From an uncultured SAR116 cluster alpha proteobacterium (lineage in GTDB: Bacteria > Pseudomonadota > Alphaproteobacteria > Puniceispirillales > Marisalimonadaceae): DNA of 64,000 bases. Where the stretch lies: contig CACJFI010000003.1 of assembly GCA_902592615.1 (NCBI GenBank), positions 45,898 through 109,897 of the forward strand, read 5' to 3'. Under the pieces are notes generated by a model. It was not told the origin of the DNA and did not search any database. It saw only the letters and a program-made list of their open reading frames with translations. Position numbers and translations under genes: made by a program. Below are positions 17,198-27,564 of this stretch, one piece after another; position 1 is the stretch's first letter; each line of letters starts with the position of its first letter.

Positions 17198-17701
17198 ATG
17201 AAAAAACTTTTTATAACAACTTTGTTACTTTTGATTCAATCTTTTCCATCTTTTGGAAGTGTAGATGGCAAAGGAATTGTTTGTAAGTGTTTAGACTGTA
17301 AGTTAGAACATTTAGACCCTTCTTCATATATGCCAAATAATTTACCAACAGAAATTGGATTTCATTTTAAAATTAATAAAGTAGCAATATATTATATTCA
17401 AAAAATTGGTGATAAAATTAAGGTAGGTGAGAATGTTCAAACAACTCTTCGAAAGAAAAAAAGATTTTTGTCTGATGAAAATGAAATTAAATGGACCTAC
17501 AAAGATAATTTAAATATTTACGCTTATTCTTTAAATAGAAAGACATTAATTTTAACTAAAATGGATATTACAAAAACTGAAAAATATAATATTAGAAAGT
17601 GTGAGCCGTTTTCAGAAATTGAATTCTTTAAAAAAATGAATGAATTATCTGAAAATTATCAAAATGATTATGATAACAAATCTAATAAAAATAAAATCTA
17701 A
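17198..17701 (+). CDS. Secreted hypothetical protein
   Basis: Signal peptide; GKGIVCKC, LNRKTL and conserved-looking Cys residues. Confidence 0.6.
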   Translation: MKKLFITTLLLLIQSFPSFGSVDGKGIVCKCLDCKLEHLDPSSYMPNNLPTEIGFHFKINKVAIYYIQKIGDKIKVGENVQTTLRKKKRFLSDENEIKWTYKDNLNIYAYSLNRKTLILTKMDITKTEKYNIRKCEPFSEIEFFKKMNELSENYQNDYDNKSNKNKI

Positions 17702-17804
17702 ATCAGAAAAGAACTTAGATTATTTTAAATATTGATAAACTGTAAAACAATACCGAGATTTCTTCTGGTCTCTTTCTATAGATATTTCTTAAAAATTATC
17801 TTTA

Positions 17805-18215
17805 TTATTTATATTTCCATCTAATCCCATCTTCACTTACTTTCCATTCATCTAATTCTTTTATAATCATTTCATAATTATCTATTATTTGTCTTTTTGT
17901 GAACCATCCTTCTATTTTCAAATTTACGTATCCAGGTTTTCTTTGATGAAATATTCTTTGAAAATTATTAGTTGGATCATTCAAAAAATCATTATCTATT
18001 TCTTTTAATATTTCACCTTGAAAAACCTCATTTACTTTGCAGCCAAAAATTTCTGATAATTTTTTTACATGTTTTTTTGAGTCTGACTCACCTTTTTCTA
18101 TTCTAGAATACTGAGATTGAGTAATGCCCATAAGTTTAGATATGTCTTTTTGACTATATCCGAATTGAATTCTTCTCCTTTTAAGCGGATTTACAATATT
18201 TTTTATATTATTCAT
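17805..18215 (-). CDS. XRE-family helix-turn-helix regulator
   Basis: RRIQFGYSQKDISKLMGITQSQYSRIEKG HTH_3 pattern. Confidence 0.85.
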   Translation of the reverse strand: MNNIKNIVNPLKRRRIQFGYSQKDISKLMGITQSQYSRIEKGESDSKKHVKKLSEIFGCKVNEVFQGEILKEIDNDFLNDPTNNFQRIFHQRKPGYVNLKIEGWFTKRQIIDNYEMIIKELDEWKVSEDGIRWKYK

Positions 18216-18295
18216 AATTATACATTTTATGTGTTTTTAATTAAGTGTCAACTTGAGATATAATTCTTTAAATAATGACCATCTATAATTTTTTT

Positions 18296-19429
18296 TTAAA
18301 TATTGGCTAAATTAATTAAATTAGGAATGTTTTTTTTAAAATTAAAAAAACCTTTTGTTGCATAAGGGAAAGCATTACGGTCCCAATCTCTCAAGAAAAA
18401 TATGTGTTTAATATTTAATTCTTTCAATTTATTTTTGAATTTATCATTGTTAAAAATAGTATTTCCAACAGTTTCATAAGGTAAAATTAGTTGTTTAATT
18501 TTTTTCTTAATCAACCAATCAATAATTTGATTATGATTTTCAGTAAATTCAAAATTTTTATTATTTTTCAAAATATCTTGGATAATTTTTTTATGGAAGT
18601 CATCAATCAATTTATTCTCATGTTTAATTGAATAAACACAACAGTCGTAAGTCATTTGATTATTATCAAAAATATAATGCAGAGTTAAATCATTCTTATT
18701 TAAAATTATTCCTAAGTTATCAAAATTTTTAAATTCAATTTTGTCAGGTTTAACAAAGGGTAATACATGACCATTTCTCTGTTCTATATAATTTAAATTC
18801 ACCTTTTCATTAAGTTGACCAATAGGATTAAACCTTCCATTAGTAAAGTAGTTTATATTATCTGACATAGCCAAATATGGCTTATTAATTGTTTGTAAAC
18901 CTGCCACCCATCTCCATCCTAATGTATTTGAGGCAGGACAAAAATCTAATAAATTTCTTTTAAAAAAATCAGCGCCTGATTGCCAACTATAACCAAGTGT
19001 AAAAATCCAAATACTAGCAAACCACATTCTAGAGTGATTATGTAAATATCCAGTATCTAATAATTCCTCTTTCCAATAATCAAAGCATTTTATCCCTGTT
19101 TTTTTTGGTAAAGTTTGATCTTTACCTATATTTAAATATTCATCATAGATCCAGGGATGTGATTCTAACCAACCTCTCCAATAAGTTCGCCAAAAAATTT
19201 CTTCTATAAATTTTTCAATATTTTTAATATTATTTTTACTAATTGCAATTTTTAAAATTTCTTCTTCATTTATAAATCTTGTTCTTAAATAAGGAGAAAG
19301 TTTAGAAACATTTTTATGAGGAGTGCCAAAGTCAAAATTTCTTTTTTTTGAGTAACTTAATAGTTCTTTTTCACTAAAATTAATTAGATTTTTAATTAGT
19401 TTAGATCTTGTTGTAGGAAACATTTTCAT
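18296..19429 (-). CDS. Photolyase/cryptochrome-family FAD-binding protein
   Basis: VSKLSPYL, KFIEEIFWRTYW, GYLHNHSRMWFASIW and SNTLGWRWVAG motifs. Confidence 0.88.
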   Translation of the reverse strand: MKMFPTTRSKLIKNLINFSEKELLSYSKKRNFDFGTPHKNVSKLSPYLRTRFINEEEILKIAISKNNIKNIEKFIEEIFWRTYWRGWLESHPWIYDEYLNIGKDQTLPKKTGIKCFDYWKEELLDTGYLHNHSRMWFASIWIFTLGYSWQSGADFFKRNLLDFCPASNTLGWRWVAGLQTINKPYLAMSDNINYFTNGRFNPIGQLNEKVNLNYIEQRNGHVLPFVKPDKIEFKNFDNLGIILNKNDLTLHYIFDNNQMTYDCCVYSIKHENKLIDDFHKKIIQDILKNNKNFEFTENHNQIIDWLIKKKIKQLILPYETVGNTIFNNDKFKNKLKELNIKHIFFLRDWDRNAFPYATKGFFNFKKNIPNLINLANI

Positions 19430-19433
19430 TCAA

Positions 19434-19916
19434 TCAAATATTCCTTACTAAAAAATAGGTAAAAATTAAAATAATTATTACAATTATAGTTAATGATCGT
19501 CTTAAAAACAAATACCAGACAGGAAATTTGAAATACTTTATGATAAACTCATCAATAATTTGCACAATGATATAGCATAAAGCTAAAATGATTATAGTTA
19601 TGTTGTGATCAAAAATTAAAATTAATCCACTCCATAAAGATGGAATAATTGACCAGCATATGATGAGTGATTTAACTTTATCAGACATTAAATTTTTGTG
19701 AATATCATTGAGAATAATTCCCCAATATACAGCACCTAAAAATGTTAAAATGATTGAACCATAATATTTTGGTAAATTGATTACAAAAAATAAATTATCC
19801 TTATTGAACAATATATCAATTAATCCAAACAAAAATGGGAACAAACCTAAAATACTCAAAATTATAATTAATTTTGTGTTACGATTTTTACAATAAAAAT
19901 AATTTGAAAAATTCAT
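19434..19916 (-). CDS. DUF3429-like membrane protein
   Basis: LGLFPF, YGSIILTFLGAVYWG and WYLFLR motifs. Confidence 0.75.
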   Translation of the reverse strand: MNFSNYFYCKNRNTKLIIILSILGLFPFLFGLIDILFNKDNLFFVINLPKYYGSIILTFLGAVYWGIILNDIHKNLMSDKVKSLIICWSIIPSLWSGLILIFDHNITIIILALCYIIVQIIDEFIIKYFKFPVWYLFLRRSLTIIVIIILIFTYFLVRNI

Positions 19917-19996
19917 TACTGTTGCACTTATTTTACAATAAATTCATTTTATTATGTGATATAATGTTTTATTTATGTTTCTAAAAAATATAATTT

Positions 19997-20632
19997 ATGA
20001 ATACATGTATAGTATGCAAAAGTTCTAATCTACATTTTTTTCTAAAATTAGGAAAATTAGTTTATTGGAAATGTAACTTTTGTGCTTCAAAATTTTTGGA
20101 TCCAAAAAATTATGTATCAAAAAGTTATGAGAAAAAACATTATTTAAAACATAATAATTCAACAACTGACACTAACTACATAAATTTTCTTCTAAAATTA
20201 ATTAAACCAGTTAAAGACAAAATTTCAATCACTGATATTGGTTTAGATTATGGTTGTGGGTTTGCTCCTGCTTTAGCTAATATTTTTAAAAGTTATGGAT
20301 TTAAAATAGAATTATATGATCCGTTTTTTTTTCCTAATACTAACGTTTTATTAAAAAAATATAATTTTATTACTTGTTCTGAAGTTGTTGAACACTTTTT
20401 CAATCCTTATGAAGAATTTGATAAAATTAATAATCTTCTGGATAATAATTCTTGGTTTGGTGTAATGACAACATTTTTACCAAGAGATGATTTGTTTGAA
20501 GATTGGTATTACAGAAGAGATCCAACGCATGTTGTCTTTTATAAAAAACAAACTTTCCAGCATATTGCCTTTCAAAGAAATTGGCAGGTGTTTTTCCCGT
20601 CAGAAAATATAGTTCTTTTTCATAAAAAATAA
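19997..20632 (+). CDS. Class I SAM-dependent methyltransferase with N-terminal CxxC pairs
   Basis: GLDYGCG, EVVEHF and WYYRRDPTHVVFY motifs. Confidence 0.85.
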   Translation: MNTCIVCKSSNLHFFLKLGKLVYWKCNFCASKFLDPKNYVSKSYEKKHYLKHNNSTTDTNYINFLLKLIKPVKDKISITDIGLDYGCGFAPALANIFKSYGFKIELYDPFFFPNTNVLLKKYNFITCSEVVEHFFNPYEEFDKINNLLDNNSWFGVMTTFLPRDDLFEDWYYRRDPTHVVFYKKQTFQHIAFQRNWQVFFPSENIVLFHKK

Positions 20633-20688
20633 TTTTAAATTAATTTATATGTGTTATGAATTAGCATTCAAAATATAAGGCTATTTTA

Positions 20689-20823
20689 ATGAAAAAATTA
20701 AGAATAAGAACTTCTTGTGGCATTGAAAAATATAACAAATTAAAAATGAATAAAACGGTTAGGGGTAAAATTCGTTTTTATTGGTTTAATTTTTTTGCAA
20801 TTCTTAGAGATTTAAATAAATAA
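20689..20823 (+). CDS. Small basic protein, 44 aa
   Basis: Hand-translated MKKLRIRTSCG...RFYWFNFFAILRDLNK; stop overlaps the next ATG (TAATG coupling). Confidence 0.5.
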   Translation: MKKLRIRTSCGIEKYNKLKMNKTVRGKIRFYWFNFFAILRDLNK

Positions 20824-21395
20824 TGAAAAAAAAATTCAAAGATGAAAAAATCCTCTTTGATGGCGATGATTATCTTTTCAAAAAATATTTAAAAAATTGT
20901 AATATTTACTTTGAATATGGCGTGGGCGATTCAACTATTTGGGTGTTAGAAAACACTTTATCTAGAATAATATCAGTAGATACAGATAAAAAATGGATTA
21001 ATAAAGTTGATATATCTAAAAATAAAAAAAGAATAGACATTAATTGGATTAATCTTGGCGAGACAGAAAATTGGGGTCGACCTAAAACCTATGGATACAG
21101 GAAACATTTTTTCGATTATGTTAGCAATGTTTGGACTTTTAACCTAAAAGCTGATGTAATTTTAATTGATGGTAGGTTTCGTGTAGCTTCATTTTTATTT
21201 AGCCTCATTAATGCAAAAGAAAGTAGTATAATAATTTTTGATGATTATGTAGATAGACCTCACTATCATGTTGTAGAAGAGATTTTAGAAGTCTATAAGA
21301 AATGTGGTCGCCAAGTTTTTTTTAAAGTTCCTAAAGTATTTAATATAAAATTGGCTGAAGATTTATTACAGAAATTCCTTTATGTTATGGATTAG
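20823..21395 (+). CDS. Methyltransferase-fold hypothetical protein
   Basis: YFEYGVGDST, LIDGRFR and IFDDY motifs. Confidence 0.65.
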   Translation: MKKKFKDEKILFDGDDYLFKKYLKNCNIYFEYGVGDSTIWVLENTLSRIISVDTDKKWINKVDISKNKKRIDINWINLGETENWGRPKTYGYRKHFFDYVSNVWTFNLKADVILIDGRFRVASFLFSLINAKESSIIIFDDYVDRPHYHVVEEILEVYKKCGRQVFFKVPKVFNIKLAEDLLQKFLYVMD

Positions 21396-23584
21396 TTATT
21401 TATATTTTCTCCTAAAGCTCTTGTAATAGCTTTAGGTTGATATTTAAAATCACCAAGATTTCTGAAACTAAATGTCAAATAAACTGAGTCTTCAGGTAAT
21501 ATGTCTCTGTCTGCAACACCGCCAGTACTTTTATATTCAAATAAAACAGTCAGACAGTTCCCAAACATATAACCAGTACCAGTATATTCTAATCCCAGTG
21601 TCTCAGATATAAGTTCCTCATCACCATTTTTAAGATCAAAAGTTCTGGAATAACTTGTTTTCCAATTTGAAAAGTTTTTTGATAAACCTAGTTCTAATTC
21701 TTCTCTATCATTGTTATAAGAAACAAATTCTTTATTAATTGATCTATGATTAGCACTATATGACCAACCATCAGCAGATCCATAGAATTGAAAATCTGAG
21801 GTGTCAGATTTGAGATCATGATGATTATAAAGAGAAAACCAAGAAAAATTATACATTTCACTTATATTCCAGCTTATTGAATTAATTATGTGTGACTGTC
21901 TATCTTTATCAGCAATGGAAATATTTTTTTGAGTTCCGCTTAATTTCTGGGTTTGACCAACAAAAAAATTAAAATCACCAAAAGTTTCATTCATTCCAAG
22001 AATAGCAACACCAAAATTTAATCTATCGTTAGATTGTATATTATCTCTTCCTTGATATTGATTGTTTAAAAATAAGTTAGCTTGATCTAAAATAAATTCA
22101 GATGAATCTCTATTAGGGACTTCGTCGGTTCTATCAGTGGTAAGGAGGGAACTTAGTTGAATCTTGGGCTCTATGATAAAACTTGAGGTTTCATTGATAA
22201 AATCAAATTGGTTACTTGCGGCAATTGAAAATCCAGATGAAATTCTATCAATATATCTATTATCGTTAGTGTCGTTTGACGGTCTTCCTTGTATAGAATA
22301 TAAATCAAGTCCTAAATTAGCATCAACGTCTAATAAAAGATTTTGAAAATACAATTTTTTATTAATATTTCCAAATCCAGACCATCTTTTAATATCATAA
22401 CTTTCATCATTATATATTGAATGAGCATTAAGCTTAATGTCATAATTATAATCATACTTTTTATTAGTATTAAAAATGTGATGGGATACTGATGGGGCTA
22501 GAACAGGTTCATTATTACTACTTGTTTCATCAAGATTTTGAATATTGTAAATTTCAATATTTGATATTGAATTATTATTTATTTTTTTTAATTCAATATA
22601 ACTTTTGTAACTTGTATCGTCATCAAAGCCATACCTTCTCATAAATGTTTCTTGATCAGCATATTTCCCTTCGATTGTCATATCCCAATTATTTTTTAAA
22701 TAAGTTGATGCTTTTAAATTTACTGCAAATACATTATCACCATTTGATTTGTTAGTATCTAAATTACCATTATATATATTAGTTTCTAGAGATGTATTTT
22801 CATATTCCTTCCTTATATTTAATTGATCAGCATGACCTGTTTTACCATTTTGATGAGTAGTAAATGTCATATCCCATGTTGGGTCATTTTCTGGAGCATA
22901 ATAATATGGAACTTTAATATGAAATCTATTTCTATTTGAATAACCATAGGTGGGCGTCAAAAAACCTGACCTTCTTTTAATTGTCCAATCAGGAAAACTT
23001 AAATATGGTAAATAATATACAGGTAAAGAAAATATTTTCATTACTGGGTGCTTGAGGTAAATAGTTTGTGTTTTTGGGTCATGATGAATTTGTTTAGATT
23101 CTAATCTCCAAACAGGTGTTTCTTGTTTTTTTAAATCACAATCACAAGCTGTATACACACCTTCGTTAAAGAAACTTTCACCAATATCATTTTTTTTTAA
23201 ATTTTCAGCACTTACACTTGATTTATCTTTTAATTTTCCAAAAAGTGGAATTGCAACAACTGACTTAAATTCATTAGTTAAAACTACTTCATTAGACTCA
23301 TATATAGATCCGTCTTTTTCTCTTAAAATAACTTTACCTGTTGCTATGGCCTTATCAATATTTTGATCGTAAACCACCTTGTCAGCAAAAATTTTTCTAT
23401 TTTCGTTTATTATCACAACATTCCCTGATGCCGTAACTATTTTGTTTTTTTCGTCAACTTTTATTGTATCACTAGTAAACTCTACATCTTTAGTATTTGG
23501 AGATAAATTATTTTTGGTTTCTCCAAAAGATTTACTGGAGACGATTATTATTAATGTAAAGATTATACTTAAAATTTTCATCAC
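21392..23584 (-). CDS. lptD: LPS-assembly outer membrane protein LptD
   Basis: OstA-like N-terminus, YTACDC, PVYYLPY, RRSGFLTP; C-terminal barrel. Confidence 0.88.
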   Translation of the reverse strand: MMKILSIIFTLIIIVSSKSFGETKNNLSPNTKDVEFTSDTIKVDEKNKIVTASGNVVIINENRKIFADKVVYDQNIDKAIATGKVILREKDGSIYESNEVVLTNEFKSVVAIPLFGKLKDKSSVSAENLKKNDIGESFFNEGVYTACDCDLKKQETPVWRLESKQIHHDPKTQTIYLKHPVMKIFSLPVYYLPYLSFPDWTIKRRSGFLTPTYGYSNRNRFHIKVPYYYAPENDPTWDMTFTTHQNGKTGHADQLNIRKEYENTSLETNIYNGNLDTNKSNGDNVFAVNLKASTYLKNNWDMTIEGKYADQETFMRRYGFDDDTSYKSYIELKKINNNSISNIEIYNIQNLDETSSNNEPVLAPSVSHHIFNTNKKYDYNYDIKLNAHSIYNDESYDIKRWSGFGNINKKLYFQNLLLDVDANLGLDLYSIQGRPSNDTNDNRYIDRISSGFSIAASNQFDFINETSSFIIEPKIQLSSLLTTDRTDEVPNRDSSEFILDQANLFLNNQYQGRDNIQSNDRLNFGVAILGMNETFGDFNFFVGQTQKLSGTQKNISIADKDRQSHIINSISWNISEMYNFSWFSLYNHHDLKSDTSDFQFYGSADGWSYSANHRSINKEFVSYNNDREELELGLSKNFSNWKTSYSRTFDLKNGDEELISETLGLEYTGTGYMFGNCLTVLFEYKSTGGVADRDILPEDSVYLTFSFRNLGDFKYQPKAITRALGENINN

Positions 23585-23635
23585 TTCTTACTTGATTATT
23601 AAAAATAAAATTTATTTATTTGAATTAGATATAAT

Positions 23636-25093
23636 TTAAAATAGTACTTTTCCTGGGTTCATTATTCCTTGTGGATCTAATTGTTTTTTTATTATCCCCA
23701 TGATTGAATATGCTACTTCATCTTTATGAGTTTTTAAACTATCTTTTTTTAACTGGCCTATGCCATGTTCTGCAGAAAATGATCCATTATAGTTGTGGAC
23801 AATTTTATAAAGTTCTTTTGTTAATTCTAAACTCTTTCCATCAAAGCCATCAGGTAAAGATCCATTTCCAAAAACATTATAATGAAGATTACCGTCACCT
23901 AAATGACCAAAATAAATTGTTTTAAGATTTGGTAAAAAATTAGTTATCATAATTTGTGCTTCTTTATGAAAGTTTTCAATTGATTCAACTGGTAAAGATA
24001 TATCATGTTTAAGACACTTAATTAGATTGGAGTTTTCGAGCTCTTTTTTTTCTGACTCAGCAGCAGCTTCTCTTATAGACCATAAGGCTCTTTTTTGATT
24101 TTCGTTTATACAAATGGTGGCATCAGAGATTAAATTAACTTCAAAACATTCTTCTAATACATTTTCAATTGATTTTATAATTTGAATTTCTCCATTTTCA
24201 TTTGGAGTAATCTCATTTTTTGAAAAACTAGAAATATCTATTAAAACACCCATCTCAGGCATTTTTTCAAGAGGCATAACAATGTTATTAATATTATTTT
24301 TTGCAACTTCCCAAAAACTTTTTGGCATAAGTTCAAAAGATTCAATTCTATCTGGGAAATGAGATTTGAAAGTATTTAACAACTTAACCGCATTAGAAAT
24401 TTCATTTGCTTCTACAAATAAGGTTGTGATCATTTTAGGTAATTGGAAAAGCTTTAAGGTGGCAGCTGTAATTATTCCAAGTGTTCCTTCAGCCCCAATA
24501 AAAAGATTTTTTAAATCATAACCAGTATTATCTTTTTTAAGTTCTGAAATTAAGTTCATGATTTTACCATTTGGTAAAACAATTTCTAGACCAAGACAGA
24601 GTTCTCTTGTGTTTCCATACTTTAAAACATTCACACCACCAGCGTTTGTAGATAAATTACCACCAATCATACATGAACCTTGAGCCCCTAAACTGAGTGG
24701 AAAAAACAAATTTTCCTTTTCTACAACATCATGGATATGACTTAAAATAACACCGGATTCAACTGTTATTGTTTGAGATTGTTTATTAAACTGACGAACT
24801 TTATTCATTTTTTCAAATGAAATTACAATAGAGGTTCCACTATTATCTGGTGTTGCTGCTCCACAAAGACTTGTATTTCCGCCCTGAGGCACAACCGCAA
24901 TTCTGTTTTCATTAGCAAGTTTCAAAATACTGGAAACTTCATTCGTGTTAATTGGTTTTAATATTGCTGCAGCATCGCCCTTATATTGACCTCTCCAATC
25001 TTGAACATATTTGATATGATCTTTTTTTGTGAATATTGGATTATGTTTTAAATTTAGTGATTTAATTTTCGTTTCTAAACAAGTATTATTCAT
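23636..25093 (-). CDS. FAD-binding oxidoreductase (D-2-hydroxyacid dehydrogenase family)
   Basis: PQGGNTSL, GGNLSTNAGG, KDNTGYDL, GHLGDGNLH and SAEHGIG motifs. Confidence 0.9.
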   Translation of the reverse strand: MNNTCLETKIKSLNLKHNPIFTKKDHIKYVQDWRGQYKGDAAAILKPINTNEVSSILKLANENRIAVVPQGGNTSLCGAATPDNSGTSIVISFEKMNKVRQFNKQSQTITVESGVILSHIHDVVEKENLFFPLSLGAQGSCMIGGNLSTNAGGVNVLKYGNTRELCLGLEIVLPNGKIMNLISELKKDNTGYDLKNLFIGAEGTLGIITAATLKLFQLPKMITTLFVEANEISNAVKLLNTFKSHFPDRIESFELMPKSFWEVAKNNINNIVMPLEKMPEMGVLIDISSFSKNEITPNENGEIQIIKSIENVLEECFEVNLISDATICINENQKRALWSIREAAAESEKKELENSNLIKCLKHDISLPVESIENFHKEAQIMITNFLPNLKTIYFGHLGDGNLHYNVFGNGSLPDGFDGKSLELTKELYKIVHNYNGSFSAEHGIGQLKKDSLKTHKDEVAYSIMGIIKKQLDPQGIMNPGKVLF

Positions 25094-25099
25094 TTTTCC

Positions 25100-26881
25100 C
25101 TAATTCTGATAAGAAGCTCGTCTTAATCTATCATTTATTGCAATACCAATACCCTTCATGGGAATAGGCATAACTTGTATATTTTTAACTCCAAATGAAT
25201 CTAAATATCGCAGACCAGAATATAACAAACTACAAGCTTGTAATAAATTTCCACTAGGGCTTAAGTTAAACATAATCTTTTCTTTCTGCAACGTTTTTGG
25301 AACATTCCCAAAAATTAACCAAGCACTATCATCAATCTTAGATTTTTGGTTTATATAGACATTAGCTTTTGGCGAATAATGACTTTTCATTAGCCCAGGT
25401 GATATGAATTCATCAAAATCTTGAGGGACTAAAATGTCTGAATTAAATATATTTGAAATCATTTCGGATGTTATGTAACCATGTCTCAGTATAATTGGAA
25501 GATCTCCTCTACAATCAACTACTGTTGATTCAATTCCTACTTCACATGATCCATAATCAATTATTTTAGATAAATTCCAATTTTTTCCTTTAAACTTAGG
25601 TCCAAAATCCACTTTTACGTGATTGATTTCTGTTGGACTTACACCACCAGATTTGTTTGCACTTGGTGCTAAAATAGGTATTTTTATCTGTTCCAATAGT
25701 TCTCTTGCTATGGGATGTGATGGCACTCTTATAGCTATTGTACTTTTACCTTGGGATAATAACTTTGCTAAATTATTTTTTTTTGTCTGTAAAATTATTG
25801 TTAATGGACCAGGCCAGTATCTTTCTGTTAAGATATTACCCGTTCTTGTAAATTCACCATATTTTTCAGCTTCTTTTTTGTTAAAGGTGTGTACAATTAA
25901 CGGGTTATTAGATGGTCGGTTTTTTGCATTATATATACTTTTAATTGCTTTTTCACTATTACCTATAGCTCCTAGTCCATAGACGGTTTCAGTTGGAAAA
26001 ACTACTAAATTTCCTTTTTTTAATTCAGTAATACTCTCGTCTAAATCTTTTTTATAACTATTATAGTTTTGATTTTTTAATCTTATTAAAAATGTATTTG
26101 GTATATTTTGTGTTTTTCCATGGGCTAAAAAAATATTATTCAGGAACTTTGTCTTTCCATATTTAATTTCAATACCAGAATCAGAAATTACATTACCACC
26201 AGCAGATTTTAAAATACTATGACCTGCTGCAATATCCCATTCCATAGTAGGTGATGTTCTTGGATAAAAATCTACCTTGCCTTCAGCTAAATAACAAAAC
26301 TTGATACTAGATCCTACGTTTTGATCTGATATTGGTTTAACAAAAGACATCCAGTCCTCTAATTCTTTTGATCTATGATTAAAGCTACTTAAAGTTTTAA
26401 GTTTTTTGTAATTAATTTCAGTACATTGTATTATCTGTGAATTCTTGAAATTTTGACCTTTTTCTAATCTCCATGCCTTATTATTAAAATTGTACCAAAT
26501 TGTTCCTGTTGTTGGTTGGGCAATTAAACCAAAAATAGGTGAGTTGTGTTTTATGAGGGCAAAATTAACAGTAAAATTAGGGCTTTTATTTATAAATTCT
26601 TTAGTTCCATCGATAGGGTCAATTAACCAAAAATAATTTTTGTTTTTAAATATATATTTTGAATTATAAAACTCTTCACTAATTATTTCTACATTTGGGA
26701 ACAATTTCTGTAGTCCAGTTACAGCAATTTCATTAACTTTAATGTCTGCATTTGTTAACGGTGAGTTATCATCTTTGTAACTTACTAATTTGTTATCAAA
26801 TTCTTCAAAATGATGAAGAGCACATTCATTACATTTATTGGCTAATTCAATTATTTTAACTATTTTATTTTTAGTAATCAT
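25100..26881 (-). CDS. Fusion of CysQ (3'(2'),5'-bisphosphate nucleotidase) and Sua5/TsaC (threonylcarbamoyl-AMP synthase)
   Basis: N-half SPLTNAD, DPIDGTKEF, EWDIAAGH; C-half FPTETVYGLG, KNRPSNNPLIVH, APSAN, SPGLMKSHYSP; single uninterrupted frame. Confidence 0.88.
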   Translation of the reverse strand: MITKNKIVKIIELANKCNECALHHFEEFDNKLVSYKDDNSPLTNADIKVNEIAVTGLQKLFPNVEIISEEFYNSKYIFKNKNYFWLIDPIDGTKEFINKSPNFTVNFALIKHNSPIFGLIAQPTTGTIWYNFNNKAWRLEKGQNFKNSQIIQCTEINYKKLKTLSSFNHRSKELEDWMSFVKPISDQNVGSSIKFCYLAEGKVDFYPRTSPTMEWDIAAGHSILKSAGGNVISDSGIEIKYGKTKFLNNIFLAHGKTQNIPNTFLIRLKNQNYNSYKKDLDESITELKKGNLVVFPTETVYGLGAIGNSEKAIKSIYNAKNRPSNNPLIVHTFNKKEAEKYGEFTRTGNILTERYWPGPLTIILQTKKNNLAKLLSQGKSTIAIRVPSHPIARELLEQIKIPILAPSANKSGGVSPTEINHVKVDFGPKFKGKNWNLSKIIDYGSCEVGIESTVVDCRGDLPIILRHGYITSEMISNIFNSDILVPQDFDEFISPGLMKSHYSPKANVYINQKSKIDDSAWLIFGNVPKTLQKEKIMFNLSPSGNLLQACSLLYSGLRYLDSFGVKNIQVMPIPMKGIGIAINDRLRRASYQN

Positions 26882-27510
26882 GATTTTGAGGATTTTAATT
26901 TATTTTTATTATAAAAATGCCACAGGAACAAGGCCGCTGCACCTCTGTAAGGTTCCCAATTTTGACCTAAATTTTCCATTTCAATTTGACTAGGTCTTTT
27001 AATTAAATTCAGTAATATTTTAATTGCTTCTTGAAGCGCCAAGTCAGCCGACGGCCAAGCATTTACATCTTGTAAGGCAAAGAGTTTGAAATTATTAATT
27101 GTCCATTGCCCAATCCCTTTTATAGGTAACAAAACTTTAGTAACCTCATCACCTGATAATTTATCTAGGGAACTTACGTCCAATTGTTTATTCAATGATA
27201 ATGTAGCTAAATTTTTGATGTAAAATGATTTTTGAGTAGATAATCCAAAATTTTTTAGATCTTCAATACTGGATTTTGATAAAACTTGTTCACTCAACAT
27301 TTTATTTTTATTAAGTTTTTCATATATTTTTTTTGCAACATTTGTTGAAATTTGTTGCCCAATTATTATTTTCACGATGCTTTCAAAATTTTTTTCAATA
27401 GCACGGTTTTCTGGTAATCCAAAATCATCAAATATTTTTTTGAAGTTTTTATCTATTTTTTTGATTTCGTAAAATGCGTTGAGCATTTCACTATTCCATT
27501 TTAAATTCAT
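26878..27510 (-). CDS. DNA-3-methyladenine glycosylase (AlkA / HhH-GPD family)
   Basis: IIGQQIS, IKGIGQWT and WEPYRGAAA motifs. Confidence 0.88.
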   Translation of the reverse strand: MNLKWNSEMLNAFYEIKKIDKNFKKIFDDFGLPENRAIEKNFESIVKIIIGQQISTNVAKKIYEKLNKNKMLSEQVLSKSSIEDLKNFGLSTQKSFYIKNLATLSLNKQLDVSSLDKLSGDEVTKVLLPIKGIGQWTINNFKLFALQDVNAWPSADLALQEAIKILLNLIKRPSQIEMENLGQNWEPYRGAAALFLWHFYNKNKLKSSKS

Positions 27511-27564
27511 TTCTAATTTCTATATAATAAATAAAAATTACAATTAACATAAAGAAGAATTATT

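Noticed and set aside
7590-18215. Tn7-like transposon at attTn7
   Set aside because: No tnsABCD-like ORFs and no evident Tn7-type ends. The junctions duplicate the glmS coding end itself rather than a 5 bp target downstream of the gene.
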